A stretch of 32,000 nt of DNA from Candidatus Heimdallarchaeota archaeon (GTDB taxonomy: Archaea; Asgardarchaeota; Heimdallarchaeia; Heimdallarchaeales; Heimdallarchaeaceae), in contig DAOVER010000015.1 in the NCBI GenBank assembly GCA_030668875.1, positions 34,960-66,959 of the forward strand, in the 5' to 3' direction. The position numbers were made by a program, and so were the translations under genes. How positions within the stretch are numbered: the first letter of the stretch is position 1; the number at the start of each line of letters is the position of its first letter. This document shows, one piece after another, positions 8,418 to 17,764 of this stretch. The notes beneath the pieces were generated by a model, which did not search any database, was not told where the DNA came from, and saw only the letters and a program-made list of their open reading frames with translations.

Positions 8418-9209
8418 ATGAAATTAACAGAAAAAGCAAAAGAAGCATTTAATATCTTTGAAGCTGCTAAATTTATGGCAACTAAAGATGAGGCTAACAT
8501 CCCTAATATTGCTATGATCGCAACCTTAAGTCCATGGGGTGAAGATGAACTAATCTTTGGAACATTTTTAATGTGGCAGACTGAGAAGAACCTTCGAAGT
8601 GGTTCTCCTGTTACTGCTAGTGTTATGACAACTAACTTTGATAGTTATCAAGTAAAGGGAGAATTTCTAGGTTTCGAGAAGCAAGGTGAAAAATTTGATA
8701 CTTTGAGTAATTTAGATCTTTTTAGATATTCAGCTATCGGTCTTCTTAGATCAGTTGGAACTATTGCAGTTAAAGAAGTTAAACCTCTCAATTTAAGTTT
8801 GTTTTCCGTAGCACGAGAGTGGATGTCAACAAAATTTGGTGGTAAAAGACCAAAAGATTTTCCGGAAGGTAAAAAAGCTAATCCAATAGTTGTTAAGAAC
8901 ACAAGCGTCCTGATGGGTGCCAAATATCTTACCGTCATAAGAGACAACGAATTAGAACAGTTTCCAGTTCTTGGGATGAGACCCGTAGAAGATTATTTAG
9001 CGATTAGAGCTGATTTACCTTTAGAAGTAGGAGAAAATGTTGCAGTATCTTCTTTCAACCTTGGTCTTAAAGCATATCAGTTTAAAGGAACATATCAAGG
9101 TGTAAAAAGAGCTAGAGGTATCACTTTAGGTTACGTAAAAGTAGATAGAATACTTTCACAGACTCCTCCTTTAGTTTCTAAAGAGGTTCCTTCAGATAAT
9201 TTCAATTAG
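8418..9209 (+). CDS. Tandem pyridoxamine-5'-phosphate-oxidase-like (FMN split-barrel) domain protein
   Basis: Two related halves (IPNIAMIATL...TEKNL...SYQVKGEFLG and ...KAYQFKGTYQG). Lies 8 bp after the activase. Confidence 0.65.
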   Translation: MKLTEKAKEAFNIFEAAKFMATKDEANIPNIAMIATLSPWGEDELIFGTFLMWQTEKNLRSGSPVTASVMTTNFDSYQVKGEFLGFEKQGEKFDTLSNLDLFRYSAIGLLRSVGTIAVKEVKPLNLSLFSVAREWMSTKFGGKRPKDFPEGKKANPIVVKNTSVLMGAKYLTVIRDNELEQFPVLGMRPVEDYLAIRADLPLEVGENVAVSSFNLGLKAYQFKGTYQGVKRARGITLGYVKVDRILSQTPPLVSKEVPSDNFN

Positions 9210-9223
9210 AAGAAGAAGGAATT

Positions 9224-10345
9224 TTATTTCCTTTTTCTTAAAACTGTAACAATTGCAGCTAATGCAATAAACCCTAGAATAACAGATAAGGTTCCATATG
9301 AAGCGCCAGAAACATCATTTATAATTGTAAAGACCTTGCTGGATACCATGACAGTGGGAATTGTAATAGCTTCGTAATCCCAACTAAAGTGAGGTTTCAT
9401 CCCAATTGCTGCAAAATATACGTAATTGTTGCCAGCATTAAGTGGAAAGGTATACTCATTTTTTAGTGAGAATGCTCCATCATTTGCCCACCAAAAGGAA
9501 ATGCCAGGTCCAAGGTGATGTAGACTCTGAAACACTGCATATCCGTCATCTTCAACTAGAGCTAGTGGATAGGTTGAGTAATTGTAATCAGCTTCCACAT
9601 AAGCATCATCAACCGATCTAAGTAATGTTTGAGAAAGAGTACTAACATCACTATCATGTAGTTCTGTTGTGACACGAATATCGGTCCAAGTCCATTCAAA
9701 GTGATTTACTAGTTGATCTGCATCAGTTGGATAGGATCTAACATTACAAACATTCGATGCCTGTTTTCTTTCAGGTGGATTGTCTATTGGGTCTTCTGAA
9801 ACATAGAAGTATAAATTATCTTTAGCCCATTCCCAACTGAAGGTTGTGTGATAGATATCAGAAACAACCTCTCCTGCGATAATTGTCAGCAAATGCCAAC
9901 CTTCTTCTAGAGTTACTGCTATGCCTTGAGTTGTGTTTATTCCAGAATATTGACCTATATTTGAAATTCCTAGGTCAGTATTGTCTAAATATAAATTGAA
10001 ATTGCCTTGTAACCTAGTAACATTATACTCACCAAATTCATTAGGTTCATTGAAATACCATTGATTAACATAAGATTCTTCCCCGCTATCAGTAAATAAA
10101 GTGTCATCAGCAATATCTATGTCAAAACCAAACCATATATCGTCATCTGTCGTATAGACTTGCTCATTAGCCATTATTGATCTGTTAAATTCTATAAACA
10201 TTGAAGGACCGAGTTCATAAGTAAAAATTGGTGCAATCTTCAAAGTAACTGGAACAAGTTTCGTTTCTTGTTCTCCAATTATAGTTAAAGCAGAAAATGT
10301 TGATGCCAGAATCAAAACAAGTAAAACAAAATTTTTCTTATTCAT
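9224..10345 (-). CDS. Secreted, C-terminally anchored surface protein of unknown function
   Basis: N-terminal signal peptide, acidic beta-rich body, C-terminal TM followed by RKRK. Confidence 0.7.
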   Translation of the reverse strand: MNKKNFVLLVLILASTFSALTIIGEQETKLVPVTLKIAPIFTYELGPSMFIEFNRSIMANEQVYTTDDDIWFGFDIDIADDTLFTDSGEESYVNQWYFNEPNEFGEYNVTRLQGNFNLYLDNTDLGISNIGQYSGINTTQGIAVTLEEGWHLLTIIAGEVVSDIYHTTFSWEWAKDNLYFYVSEDPIDNPPERKQASNVCNVRSYPTDADQLVNHFEWTWTDIRVTTELHDSDVSTLSQTLLRSVDDAYVEADYNYSTYPLALVEDDGYAVFQSLHHLGPGISFWWANDGAFSLKNEYTFPLNAGNNYVYFAAIGMKPHFSWDYEAITIPTVMVSSKVFTIINDVSGASYGTLSVILGFIALAAIVTVLRKRK

Positions 10346-10769
10346 TTGTCAATACCTTTTTTACATTTGTGTTTCTTCAAGCATAAAAAAATCTTTCCAC
10401 GTTTGCATGGTGAAACATTAAAATAATAGAAACATTAAAACCGTAGTCAACTGATGAGCAGAAACTTACCCAATCTTGTTATGAGGGAAAATGAGGGGAA
10501 AAATTTTTAGCGAAAATAAGAAAGAGAGAATATGTTAGTGAGAATAGGGAAAACTCCTCCTAGCTGACTTTTCTTCGCGTTTATATGCCATTCTGTGGAT
10601 AAGTAGGTGAAGACAATGGTCTCACAAGCAACAAAACAAATACAAGTAGCTGTCAACCCTCATACAAAAACAGTGATGGAATTGAGAAGGATTATATAGA
10701 TTTTATTTCAGGAACAATAGCAGAAATTACTGTTGCAGAGAAGAAGGTGAGTCTTGTAGTAAAGGATAG

Positions 10770-12317
10770 TTAACTTCTTTTTTTACTTCTTCTTGGAAGT
10801 CTTAATACTAAAAGGAATAGAAATAAAATCATAATAGAAGGTACAAAAAGAATGTTTGCTATAACAGTGTACTCTTCATCAATTTTATCTGAAAGCGGAT
10901 ATGTGTCTGCTGAGTTACTAGCTCCATCTATCTCATAATCTCCACTTTCAAAGTCACTCCAGAAATTTCCCTCTAAGGTTGTAGGATTGTACCATAGATT
11001 TTCTTCACCATCATCATATGCTTGACTCTCACCCATTTGGTTATTACTGTAAAATTCATTATGATCTATTTGATTCCAATAACTCTCATAATCGATATAT
11101 ACTCCATAATCCCGATTATGATGGAAGTAATTGTAATTAATTGAAATATTATTACTATTCATTAAATGAAGACCATTTCCATCGTTATAAGATATGGAAT
11201 TCTTTTCAATCATATTTTCTGAACATTTATATAAGAAGATACCATTTAAACCATTTTGAAGAATTGAATTCCGAGATATCAAGGTACTTACTATACCTTC
11301 TGCACTGATTCCTTTATATCTACTCTCTTCGATTTTATTTGAATAAATAAAAGCCCCAATAATCTCTTTTAAAGATAAACCAATATTATTACTTTGTGAA
11401 ATGTTATTAAACTGTATTATCGGATAATTAGCAGTTTCATAAAAGATACTTTCTACAGACTCAATCAATATTCCAACTTCAGTTTTCGAAATACCATTTT
11501 TACTTATAAGTAAAGTGTCACAATTTATAGCACGTATACCAACATCACCAGCTGAAAAAATTATATTAGATACAACTTTACATCCTTCAGAGTATTCTAT
11601 ATCTATTGAATTATCATCTAAATTATAGTACATATTGTTAAGAAATGAAAAATGATTGTTATAAATTAATGTCCGGTCAGAGTGACTAGTTAGTATTCCA
11701 TTATCACACAAGAAAAACTGATTATTATATATATGACAATCATCTGAATGACTAATCATAACTGGATATAGACACTTAGAGAAAGTATTGTTAGTTAAAT
11801 AACAAAACTGAGAATAATAATTGTAAATACCAGCCTCACATCTAGAGAAAATATTCCATTCCAATTTAACACGATATGAATTTTCTACTCTTATCCCATT
11901 TATCATCGAATATGAGTTACCATTGAAAGTGTTATTGACAATGTTTATTGTTTCATTTAGAATGTCTTTGATTTTTATTCCATAAATACCTTCATAAAAA
12001 GTACAGTTACGTATTTCGATGTGTTTAGTTGTTTTATAAATGTAAATAACATTCTCAGTTGAAGGTTGTCCTGTAAAAATGATATTTTCAATTAAGAAAG
12101 GATTTTCAATAGTTCCATTTCCTGTTAAACTAAGTAAATCTGGATCTGAATCAGAGGTGATTAAAATCTCATTTATTGAATCTAGATTTGGATTTACATT
12201 CAATTGCACTAATGAAGAAGAAGTATTAATCAGAGCAAAGAAAAATAACGAAAATAATAAACATATTAGAAAAGTAGTTTTCAATATATTCTTTTGATTG
12301 ATACTTTTCCACTTCAT
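10770..12317 (-). CDS. Right-handed parallel beta-helix (NosD-like) surface protein with C-terminal TM anchor
   Basis: GNGTIENPFLIEN cap, repeated I.NN.F...GI motifs, EGNFWSD...D.YPL, C-terminal TM plus RRSKKRS. Confidence 0.85.
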   Translation of the reverse strand: MKWKSINQKNILKTTFLICLLFSLFFFALINTSSSLVQLNVNPNLDSINEILITSDSDPDLLSLTGNGTIENPFLIENIIFTGQPSTENVIYIYKTTKHIEIRNCTFYEGIYGIKIKDILNETINIVNNTFNGNSYSMINGIRVENSYRVKLEWNIFSRCEAGIYNYYSQFCYLTNNTFSKCLYPVMISHSDDCHIYNNQFFLCDNGILTSHSDRTLIYNNHFSFLNNMYYNLDDNSIDIEYSEGCKVVSNIIFSAGDVGIRAINCDTLLISKNGISKTEVGILIESVESIFYETANYPIIQFNNISQSNNIGLSLKEIIGAFIYSNKIEESRYKGISAEGIVSTLISRNSILQNGLNGIFLYKCSENMIEKNSISYNDGNGLHLMNSNNISINYNYFHHNRDYGVYIDYESYWNQIDHNEFYSNNQMGESQAYDDGEENLWYNPTTLEGNFWSDFESGDYEIDGASNSADTYPLSDKIDEEYTVIANILFVPSIMILFLFLLVLRLPRRSKKRS

Positions 12318-12338
12318 ATCAATTTTCTAGTTGATTTG

Positions 12339-13382
12339 TTAAGATTTTAAATATTTCTCGATTTCTTCTCTTTTCAATTCAAATTCTAATTCTGTCAGCC
12401 ATAATTTATGGTTTAATGTCTTATTGATCTTAATCATATGCTCATTACTCCCAGCATTGCCTGTTATCCAGTACTTAGCATTAGTTTCTTCAAGGAGCTG
12501 CAACAAAGATTGATATTTTAACATCAAACCTAATCCCTTCCCTCTATGTTCTGGAATTACCCCAGTGTCATCTTGCCAGGCTACTTGCTTATTCAATGGA
12601 TTTGTACTAAAAATAGTATACCCTACAGGTTTGTTCGTTTCTTCATGTATACATAGAAAAGAATAGTAATTATCACCACCGAGCATTTCAATATCATACA
12701 TCTCTTTGTATCTTTCAGGAGTTAGAGTATGATCTTCATAAGTAAGTTTTTCTCTTGGCATATCATTCCATATCTGTTGAACAACAGTAACGAATTCTTC
12801 AATGTCAACATGATTTTCAAATGTCATATTCTTAACTTCAACAACTCTATAACCTTTCTCCTTTGCTTTTTTCAGAAGTTTATTAGCTTCCTCTCTCACT
12901 TTATTGACATTAAATTCTGTTAAATCTGCAGCATTACGTTTCTCTTGATAGTCATTATCTTTCTTTATTTTTCTTAGAAAGAACTCTCCATTAGATCCTA
13001 GAACACTTCCTGCATATATGAGTTTAATTTGCTCCGGGGGTTTAGTGATAAGAGCTTTAAGCATTGATTTTCCAATCCCTTTTCTTCTGTGCTCTTTAGC
13101 AACATATGCAACAAACCAACCTCTATCAAGATTTTCATATTTTATATTCCATCCGATAATCCCAAAGCCTACAACAAGATCCTCTGAGTTTATTGCTACT
13201 GCTCTTAACTTCTTAATCCAATAAACTTCTCTGACTTTCCATTTCTTTCTAAACAACTCAATCTCAGGCGGTAAAATTCCCCACTTCTCCTCCTCCTCTA
13301 GTTGTTGAAGAGCAAACAGCTGTTCTAAATATTTTACTGGAATGTCTTCTTTGTTGCCAACAAGGATTTTGATGTCATTCAT
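12339..13382 (-). CDS. Tandem-domain GNAT N-acetyltransferase
   Basis: Two acetyl-CoA motifs (VAKEHRRKGIGKSM and VIPEHRGKGLGLML) and NEHMIKINKTL. Confidence 0.85.
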   Translation of the reverse strand: MNDIKILVGNKEDIPVKYLEQLFALQQLEEEEKWGILPPEIELFRKKWKVREVYWIKKLRAVAINSEDLVVGFGIIGWNIKYENLDRGWFVAYVAKEHRRKGIGKSMLKALITKPPEQIKLIYAGSVLGSNGEFFLRKIKKDNDYQEKRNAADLTEFNVNKVREEANKLLKKAKEKGYRVVEVKNMTFENHVDIEEFVTVVQQIWNDMPREKLTYEDHTLTPERYKEMYDIEMLGGDNYYSFLCIHEETNKPVGYTIFSTNPLNKQVAWQDDTGVIPEHRGKGLGLMLKYQSLLQLLEETNAKYWITGNAGSNEHMIKINKTLNHKLWLTELEFELKREEIEKYLKS

Positions 13383-13509
13383 TTAGATTATCTCAGATTG
13401 AGAAAATAGTTATTGGTTTAAGATTATTATTACTTTGGAGATATGTGAGTAAAGAAACAATTAAAATCTTGAAACAATTATACATAATAATTAACCTAGG
13501 TTTACTAAA

Positions 13510-14433
13510 ATGTCTACAAAACAAGAGCATCAGCAGATTACTTATGTCTGTAATACTTGCACAAAAAAAAGAATTATACTATTTCCAGCAGGAATGGAAA
13601 TTAAAGTTGATTCAAGAGGCTTAAGTGAGTTTGTAGACATTCACAAATGCAAAGATGATAAACTGATAGCACTAATCTTGTTTGTTGATGGTCAATACGC
13701 AGTCAGATCTCAGGTACCAATAAGCAGCGAGGAAGCTACAAAATCTATTCCAGACGATCTAGCAAGTATGCCTGTACCAGTTCCAAGAAAGTCAGGGCTA
13801 GCAAAAATAAAAATTAACCCTCCTAAAAGCTTCAAAGCTTCTGTTATTAATGAGTTAATTATTAAAGATAGATTACGACAACTTCAATATTCATTGGAAC
13901 CAAAAAAAACTGATGATGATCGCGATATAATGATTGATTCTCAATTCTGTTTTGTTCATATCCGCGCTAATGTTTCCAAGAAAACTGATTTAGTAAAGGC
14001 AAAAAGATGGTTCAAAGAAATAGCAAACTTGCTTGAACAAACAGTACATATCAACGATGAAGTTTTTACTTTACTTTTGGAATATCTTGAAGAAAAATTA
14101 AAGAAGGATGATTTCATCCAAGAATTCAAAGAATTAATGATACTCTTAAATGGACCAGTAACAGTTCCTATCTCTACTAAAAAGTCGATTAAAGATTTTG
14201 ATAGTAGATGGGGGAGCATAGATGGAAAGTTAACTCTAGGAGACTATAATAAGTATAATAAACTATTATTAGCTTGCTTAGATAACAAACAGAAAACACT
14301 TCTTGATATCTTCTCTCTTATGCAAGGACGCATGAAATTATCCTATTTCCTCTCTGCATTTTATGACCTATTCTGTAACGCTTTTATGAAACTAGAAAAA
14401 CCACAATTCTTCGCAACTTCCGATTTTGAATAG
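13510..14433 (+). CDS. Hypothetical protein with N-terminal putative Zn-binding module
   Basis: 307-aa ORF; CNTC...DIHKC...LFVDGQYAVRSQ. No recognised family. Confidence 0.6.
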   Translation: MSTKQEHQQITYVCNTCTKKRIILFPAGMEIKVDSRGLSEFVDIHKCKDDKLIALILFVDGQYAVRSQVPISSEEATKSIPDDLASMPVPVPRKSGLAKIKINPPKSFKASVINELIIKDRLRQLQYSLEPKKTDDDRDIMIDSQFCFVHIRANVSKKTDLVKAKRWFKEIANLLEQTVHINDEVFTLLLEYLEEKLKKDDFIQEFKELMILLNGPVTVPISTKKSIKDFDSRWGSIDGKLTLGDYNKYNKLLLACLDNKQKTLLDIFSLMQGRMKLSYFLSAFYDLFCNAFMKLEKPQFFATSDFE

Positions 14434-14459
14434 ACAAATAAAACAAAAGGGGATTTTGG

Positions 14460-16370
14460 TTAATTTTCACTTATATTTTTCCTCCTCCTAATCCAAATAA
14501 TAGCAATTATACAAAGAAGTGGTAAGTAGAATGAGATATTTGCATATGCTATAATTATATTGTATCCTGCAAATTCTAGCCATTCATTAGCTTCTGCAAG
14601 ATCATAATTATATTTGATAATATCTTTATAATAATGGTAAGTATTCGCGGGTAAAATCATACTATGACTGATAATGTATTCCCCATTGTGAACAACATGG
14701 TTGATATCTTTTCTATCAATAGCATAACAAATAGCTTTTCTCACAGCAACTGCTTTAGTATAATCTTCTTTACCTTCTGCGGTAAGAAACACAAAGTTAT
14801 CAACACCACCTACGAAAGGTCTCTGAAGATTAAAGGCCAGAAAAGTCATTGAATTCCTTGGATAGCTGAAAACAGAGAATCTTTGATCATTTTGCATTTG
14901 TTTTCTTTCAGATGGGAAGAACATTAAACCAGTCCAGTCCAATTTGCCAGCCTTGAATTCAGCTAATTCTTCAGTAATATCAGATATAACACGTACGTTG
15001 AATGTTTCAATATCTAGATCTTGCGTTGTTCCGTCAATTGCACCAACATACATCCAGTATGGGCTAGCTTGGAGAACAGTAACGGAGTTTTTGATATAAT
15101 GATCTAACATGTATTTTCCACAACCAAATGCGGAAGTACTATAGTATAACCATGGATTAGTGTCTAGAATACCAGTATAGAAACCAGTACATTCAGCTCC
15201 ACCAGAAGTGTATGAGACAGTGGGATTTGAGGAATTCAAGAAGAATTCGGGTAGAATTTCCCAAGGTAGTCTGGCCCAAAAGTCGACGTATTGTTCAATT
15301 TCTGGAGTATATGGGTTTCCATCAATCTCAATGTGGAAGGATAGTTCATCTACTGGGTCAACATAGCAAGCTGAAATCCAGTTATGATAAGATGGACTTT
15401 CACTAACGATTGCGTTTGCCCATGCAAGGTAGGTAAAGACTGCGTCTTTGGCAGTGACTTGTTGGTTTTCACCATTACTAACTTCACCATTTTTTAGACC
15501 TACCATTAAAGGAGTGGTAGTTGGGTCAAGTGGGTCAGAGCTGGCATCTCTGCCTGTTACGTCAAATGATGGGTTCCACCATACATCATCTCTCATAGTA
15601 AATTCGTAATGGAATTCGTCAATTTGTTTCCAATCTGAAACTAATGAGGTTTTAAGTGGGACAAAATCAGGACTCCAACCAACAATTGATTCAGCCATTA
15701 AGCTGAATATGAAAGAGCTGGATGTATCATCTGTTTGTAATGGGTTCAAATCTCTCCAATAAGCATCAGCTATGTTGAATTCAGTTAATGAATCTTGACC
15801 TTCATGAAGACCACTATATTCGATGTAAGGTAAGGAGTCAATTATTCCCCAGCGCACATCATAACCGAGTGTGTTTGACCATGTAGCAACGTATGATCTC
15901 GGTGAGAACAATGGTAGAATATGAACTATCTTATCCATAACTAATTGCTGCCAGTTATAGTAGTGTTGCTGTTTTTGTTCAAGATCAGTTATGGTAACAC
16001 CTTCAATAAGCATATTTTCACTAATGTTTCCATATGGTATCTCTCTAGGTATTTTTACAGACAAACCATCATAAGAATTAAATGGATTTTGATTTCCTGA
16101 CAGTCCTATTATGTACATATCATAATCTTGTGTAAGCAGTAAACATCCAACGAACACTGTCCATTCTTCGACTTTAACTTCTACTTCAATACCGATTTCT
16201 CTAAGATACTGAGCTATGTAAAGACCATAGTCAGGTCTTACTCCTCCCCCGTTAGTTTTTAGAACTAAATTACAATGAGGTTCAATACTCGCTTGAACAC
16301 TAACAACTGAATAGAGAATTGACACCGAAAGTAAACTAACAAAGACTAGCGTATTTGTTTTTTTACACAT
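14460..16370 (-). CDS. Family-5 (Opp/Dpp-type) extracellular solute-binding protein, circularly permuted, C-terminal TM anchor
   Basis: LREIGIEVEV, DLNPL, YEFTMRDDVWW, VTAKDAVFT, FKAGKLD, LAFNLQRP, VRKAICYAIDR, YDLAEANEWLEFAGY; TM plus RRRK. Confidence 0.85.
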   Translation of the reverse strand: MCKKTNTLVFVSLLSVSILYSVVSVQASIEPHCNLVLKTNGGGVRPDYGLYIAQYLREIGIEVEVKVEEWTVFVGCLLLTQDYDMYIIGLSGNQNPFNSYDGLSVKIPREIPYGNISENMLIEGVTITDLEQKQQHYYNWQQLVMDKIVHILPLFSPRSYVATWSNTLGYDVRWGIIDSLPYIEYSGLHEGQDSLTEFNIADAYWRDLNPLQTDDTSSSFIFSLMAESIVGWSPDFVPLKTSLVSDWKQIDEFHYEFTMRDDVWWNPSFDVTGRDASSDPLDPTTTPLMVGLKNGEVSNGENQQVTAKDAVFTYLAWANAIVSESPSYHNWISACYVDPVDELSFHIEIDGNPYTPEIEQYVDFWARLPWEILPEFFLNSSNPTVSYTSGGAECTGFYTGILDTNPWLYYSTSAFGCGKYMLDHYIKNSVTVLQASPYWMYVGAIDGTTQDLDIETFNVRVISDITEELAEFKAGKLDWTGLMFFPSERKQMQNDQRFSVFSYPRNSMTFLAFNLQRPFVGGVDNFVFLTAEGKEDYTKAVAVRKAICYAIDRKDINHVVHNGEYIISHSMILPANTYHYYKDIIKYNYDLAEANEWLEFAGYNIIIAYANISFYLPLLCIIAIIWIRRRKNISEN

Positions 16371-16406
16371 ATAGAATTCACCAAGAGAATTGTTATTTTA
16401 TGAGTA

Positions 16407-16418
16407 TATGCACTTATA
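16407..16418 (-). promoter_or_regulatory. TATAAGTGCATA promoter motif upstream of the SBP gene ending at 16370
   Basis: The same 12-mer (one degenerate position) is at 17715-17726, 21436-21447 and 23581-23592. GGTGA SD precedes ATG 16370. Confidence 0.55.
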
Positions 16419-16618
16419 AGGAGTTTGCGAGTTTTAGGTCCTTTCTACAAATCTTGATGATTTTTTCAGTTTTGAACAACCTTGTTGCTAAGGTGGTTAT
16501 CTAGGAACTACGTCTATACAAGAAGGTCTAGCATCACTTCTAAATTGATCTATCTCCCTTATAGGAAGGTATTATTGAAATTGAGAAGTCAAATAAAATA
16601 GCGAATAGGCGCTCTTCC

Positions 16619-17644
16619 TCAATTAACCTTTTCTTCTAATAAGGTGACTTGATCCCTATACTTCTTCCATTTCTTTGATAAGAAAACAAGAATTAAACAT
16701 GGAATTACATTTACTGTAAGTAGAAGTGCTCCATAAATGAGAAACTCACCATCATAAAAACAATGGACCATAATTAGATATCCTGCAGCATTTAACCATT
16801 CAAATGCCAAATCTGCATTTCTATTATAAATCGGTAAATCATTATTTATCCAATAACTCTCATATGGTAGAATAATGGAATCAATAATCGATGCTTCCCC
16901 ATCAAAGATTTGGTAATTTATATCCTCTCGGTCTATAGTATAGCATATTGTTTTACGTACTCCACTTGCCACAGAATTAAGTTCCTTTCCAGGCGCTGTT
17001 ATATATACATAATTGTCACAACCTCCAACAAAGGGTCTTTGCAAGTTAAACCCAAGATAAATAGATTGATTGTAAGATTCATGAACTAAAGTAACTATTG
17101 GGAATAAGCAGACTAGCTTATCCATAGCAAGATCTTGGAATTCAAGTAAATAGTCTCTCTTCTTAATTGGATTTGACTCATTTGTTGCATTAACTAACAA
17201 ATTGTTTGCTAGCATCACATAAGGTATAGTTAGATTCAGATTTGTTGGATTATTATAATTACTTACATTCCAAAAAAGCTGTTCTGTTATTTCAGAAGTA
17301 TTCAGACTTATGAGAAATAAATCATAATCATGGGTAACATTCAGTTGAGAACTGAATATTCCTCTTTCTACTACTTTCATTTCAACTTCAATTAGTATTG
17401 ATCTAAGATTCTTAACAATAATTAATCCAATATCAAGCAATCTATCTTCAGCTGTAGTTTTGAGAACTAAATTGCATATAGGTTCAGGATAGTTTGGACC
17501 TTCATTGAAAATTATTGGTGGAGGGTTCCTTTTCTTCCAGTGCATTATGAAAAATCTTGTTGAAAAAACTAAATCTGTTAAAATTAAAATAATCATCAAA
17601 CTAGAAACAACTATAACTATAGTTTTCTTTGTCTTATTTTTCAT
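16619..17644 (-). CDS. Internally deleted family-5 SBP derivative (single lobe), TM segments at both ends
   Basis: Matches the N-terminal ~130 aa and C-terminal ~100 aa of the 14460..16370 protein, joined at LFPIVTLVHESYNQSIYLGFNLQRP. The ORF is intact. Confidence 0.75.
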   Translation of the reverse strand: MKNKTKKTIVIVVSSLMIILILTDLVFSTRFFIMHWKKRNPPPIIFNEGPNYPEPICNLVLKTTAEDRLLDIGLIIVKNLRSILIEVEMKVVERGIFSSQLNVTHDYDLFLISLNTSEITEQLFWNVSNYNNPTNLNLTIPYVMLANNLLVNATNESNPIKKRDYLLEFQDLAMDKLVCLFPIVTLVHESYNQSIYLGFNLQRPFVGGCDNYVYITAPGKELNSVASGVRKTICYTIDREDINYQIFDGEASIIDSIILPYESYWINNDLPIYNRNADLAFEWLNAAGYLIMVHCFYDGEFLIYGALLLTVNVIPCLILVFLSKKWKKYRDQVTLLEEKVN

Positions 17645-17670
17645 CTTATGTTTTCATCCTTCTTACTCTA

Positions 17671-17734
17671 CAAGGGATTTACATTGAATCATCCAGATTC
17701 ATGTATTATACTATTATACACTTATAAATATTAA
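17671..17734 (-). repeat. Duplicated promoter and 5' coding segment (copy of 21391-21455)
   Basis: 39/41 identity between 17694-17734 and 21415-21455, plus a shared CAAGGGATTTACA further into the gene, offset by one indel. Confidence 0.8.
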
Positions 17735-17764
17735 CAAAATTTTTTAACAGATTCCCATGAAATT

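Noticed and set aside
16475-16498. Hairpin AACAACCTT-N6-AAGGTGGTT between SBP genes
   Set aside because: Short, with one mismatch and a single occurrence. Function is unsupported.
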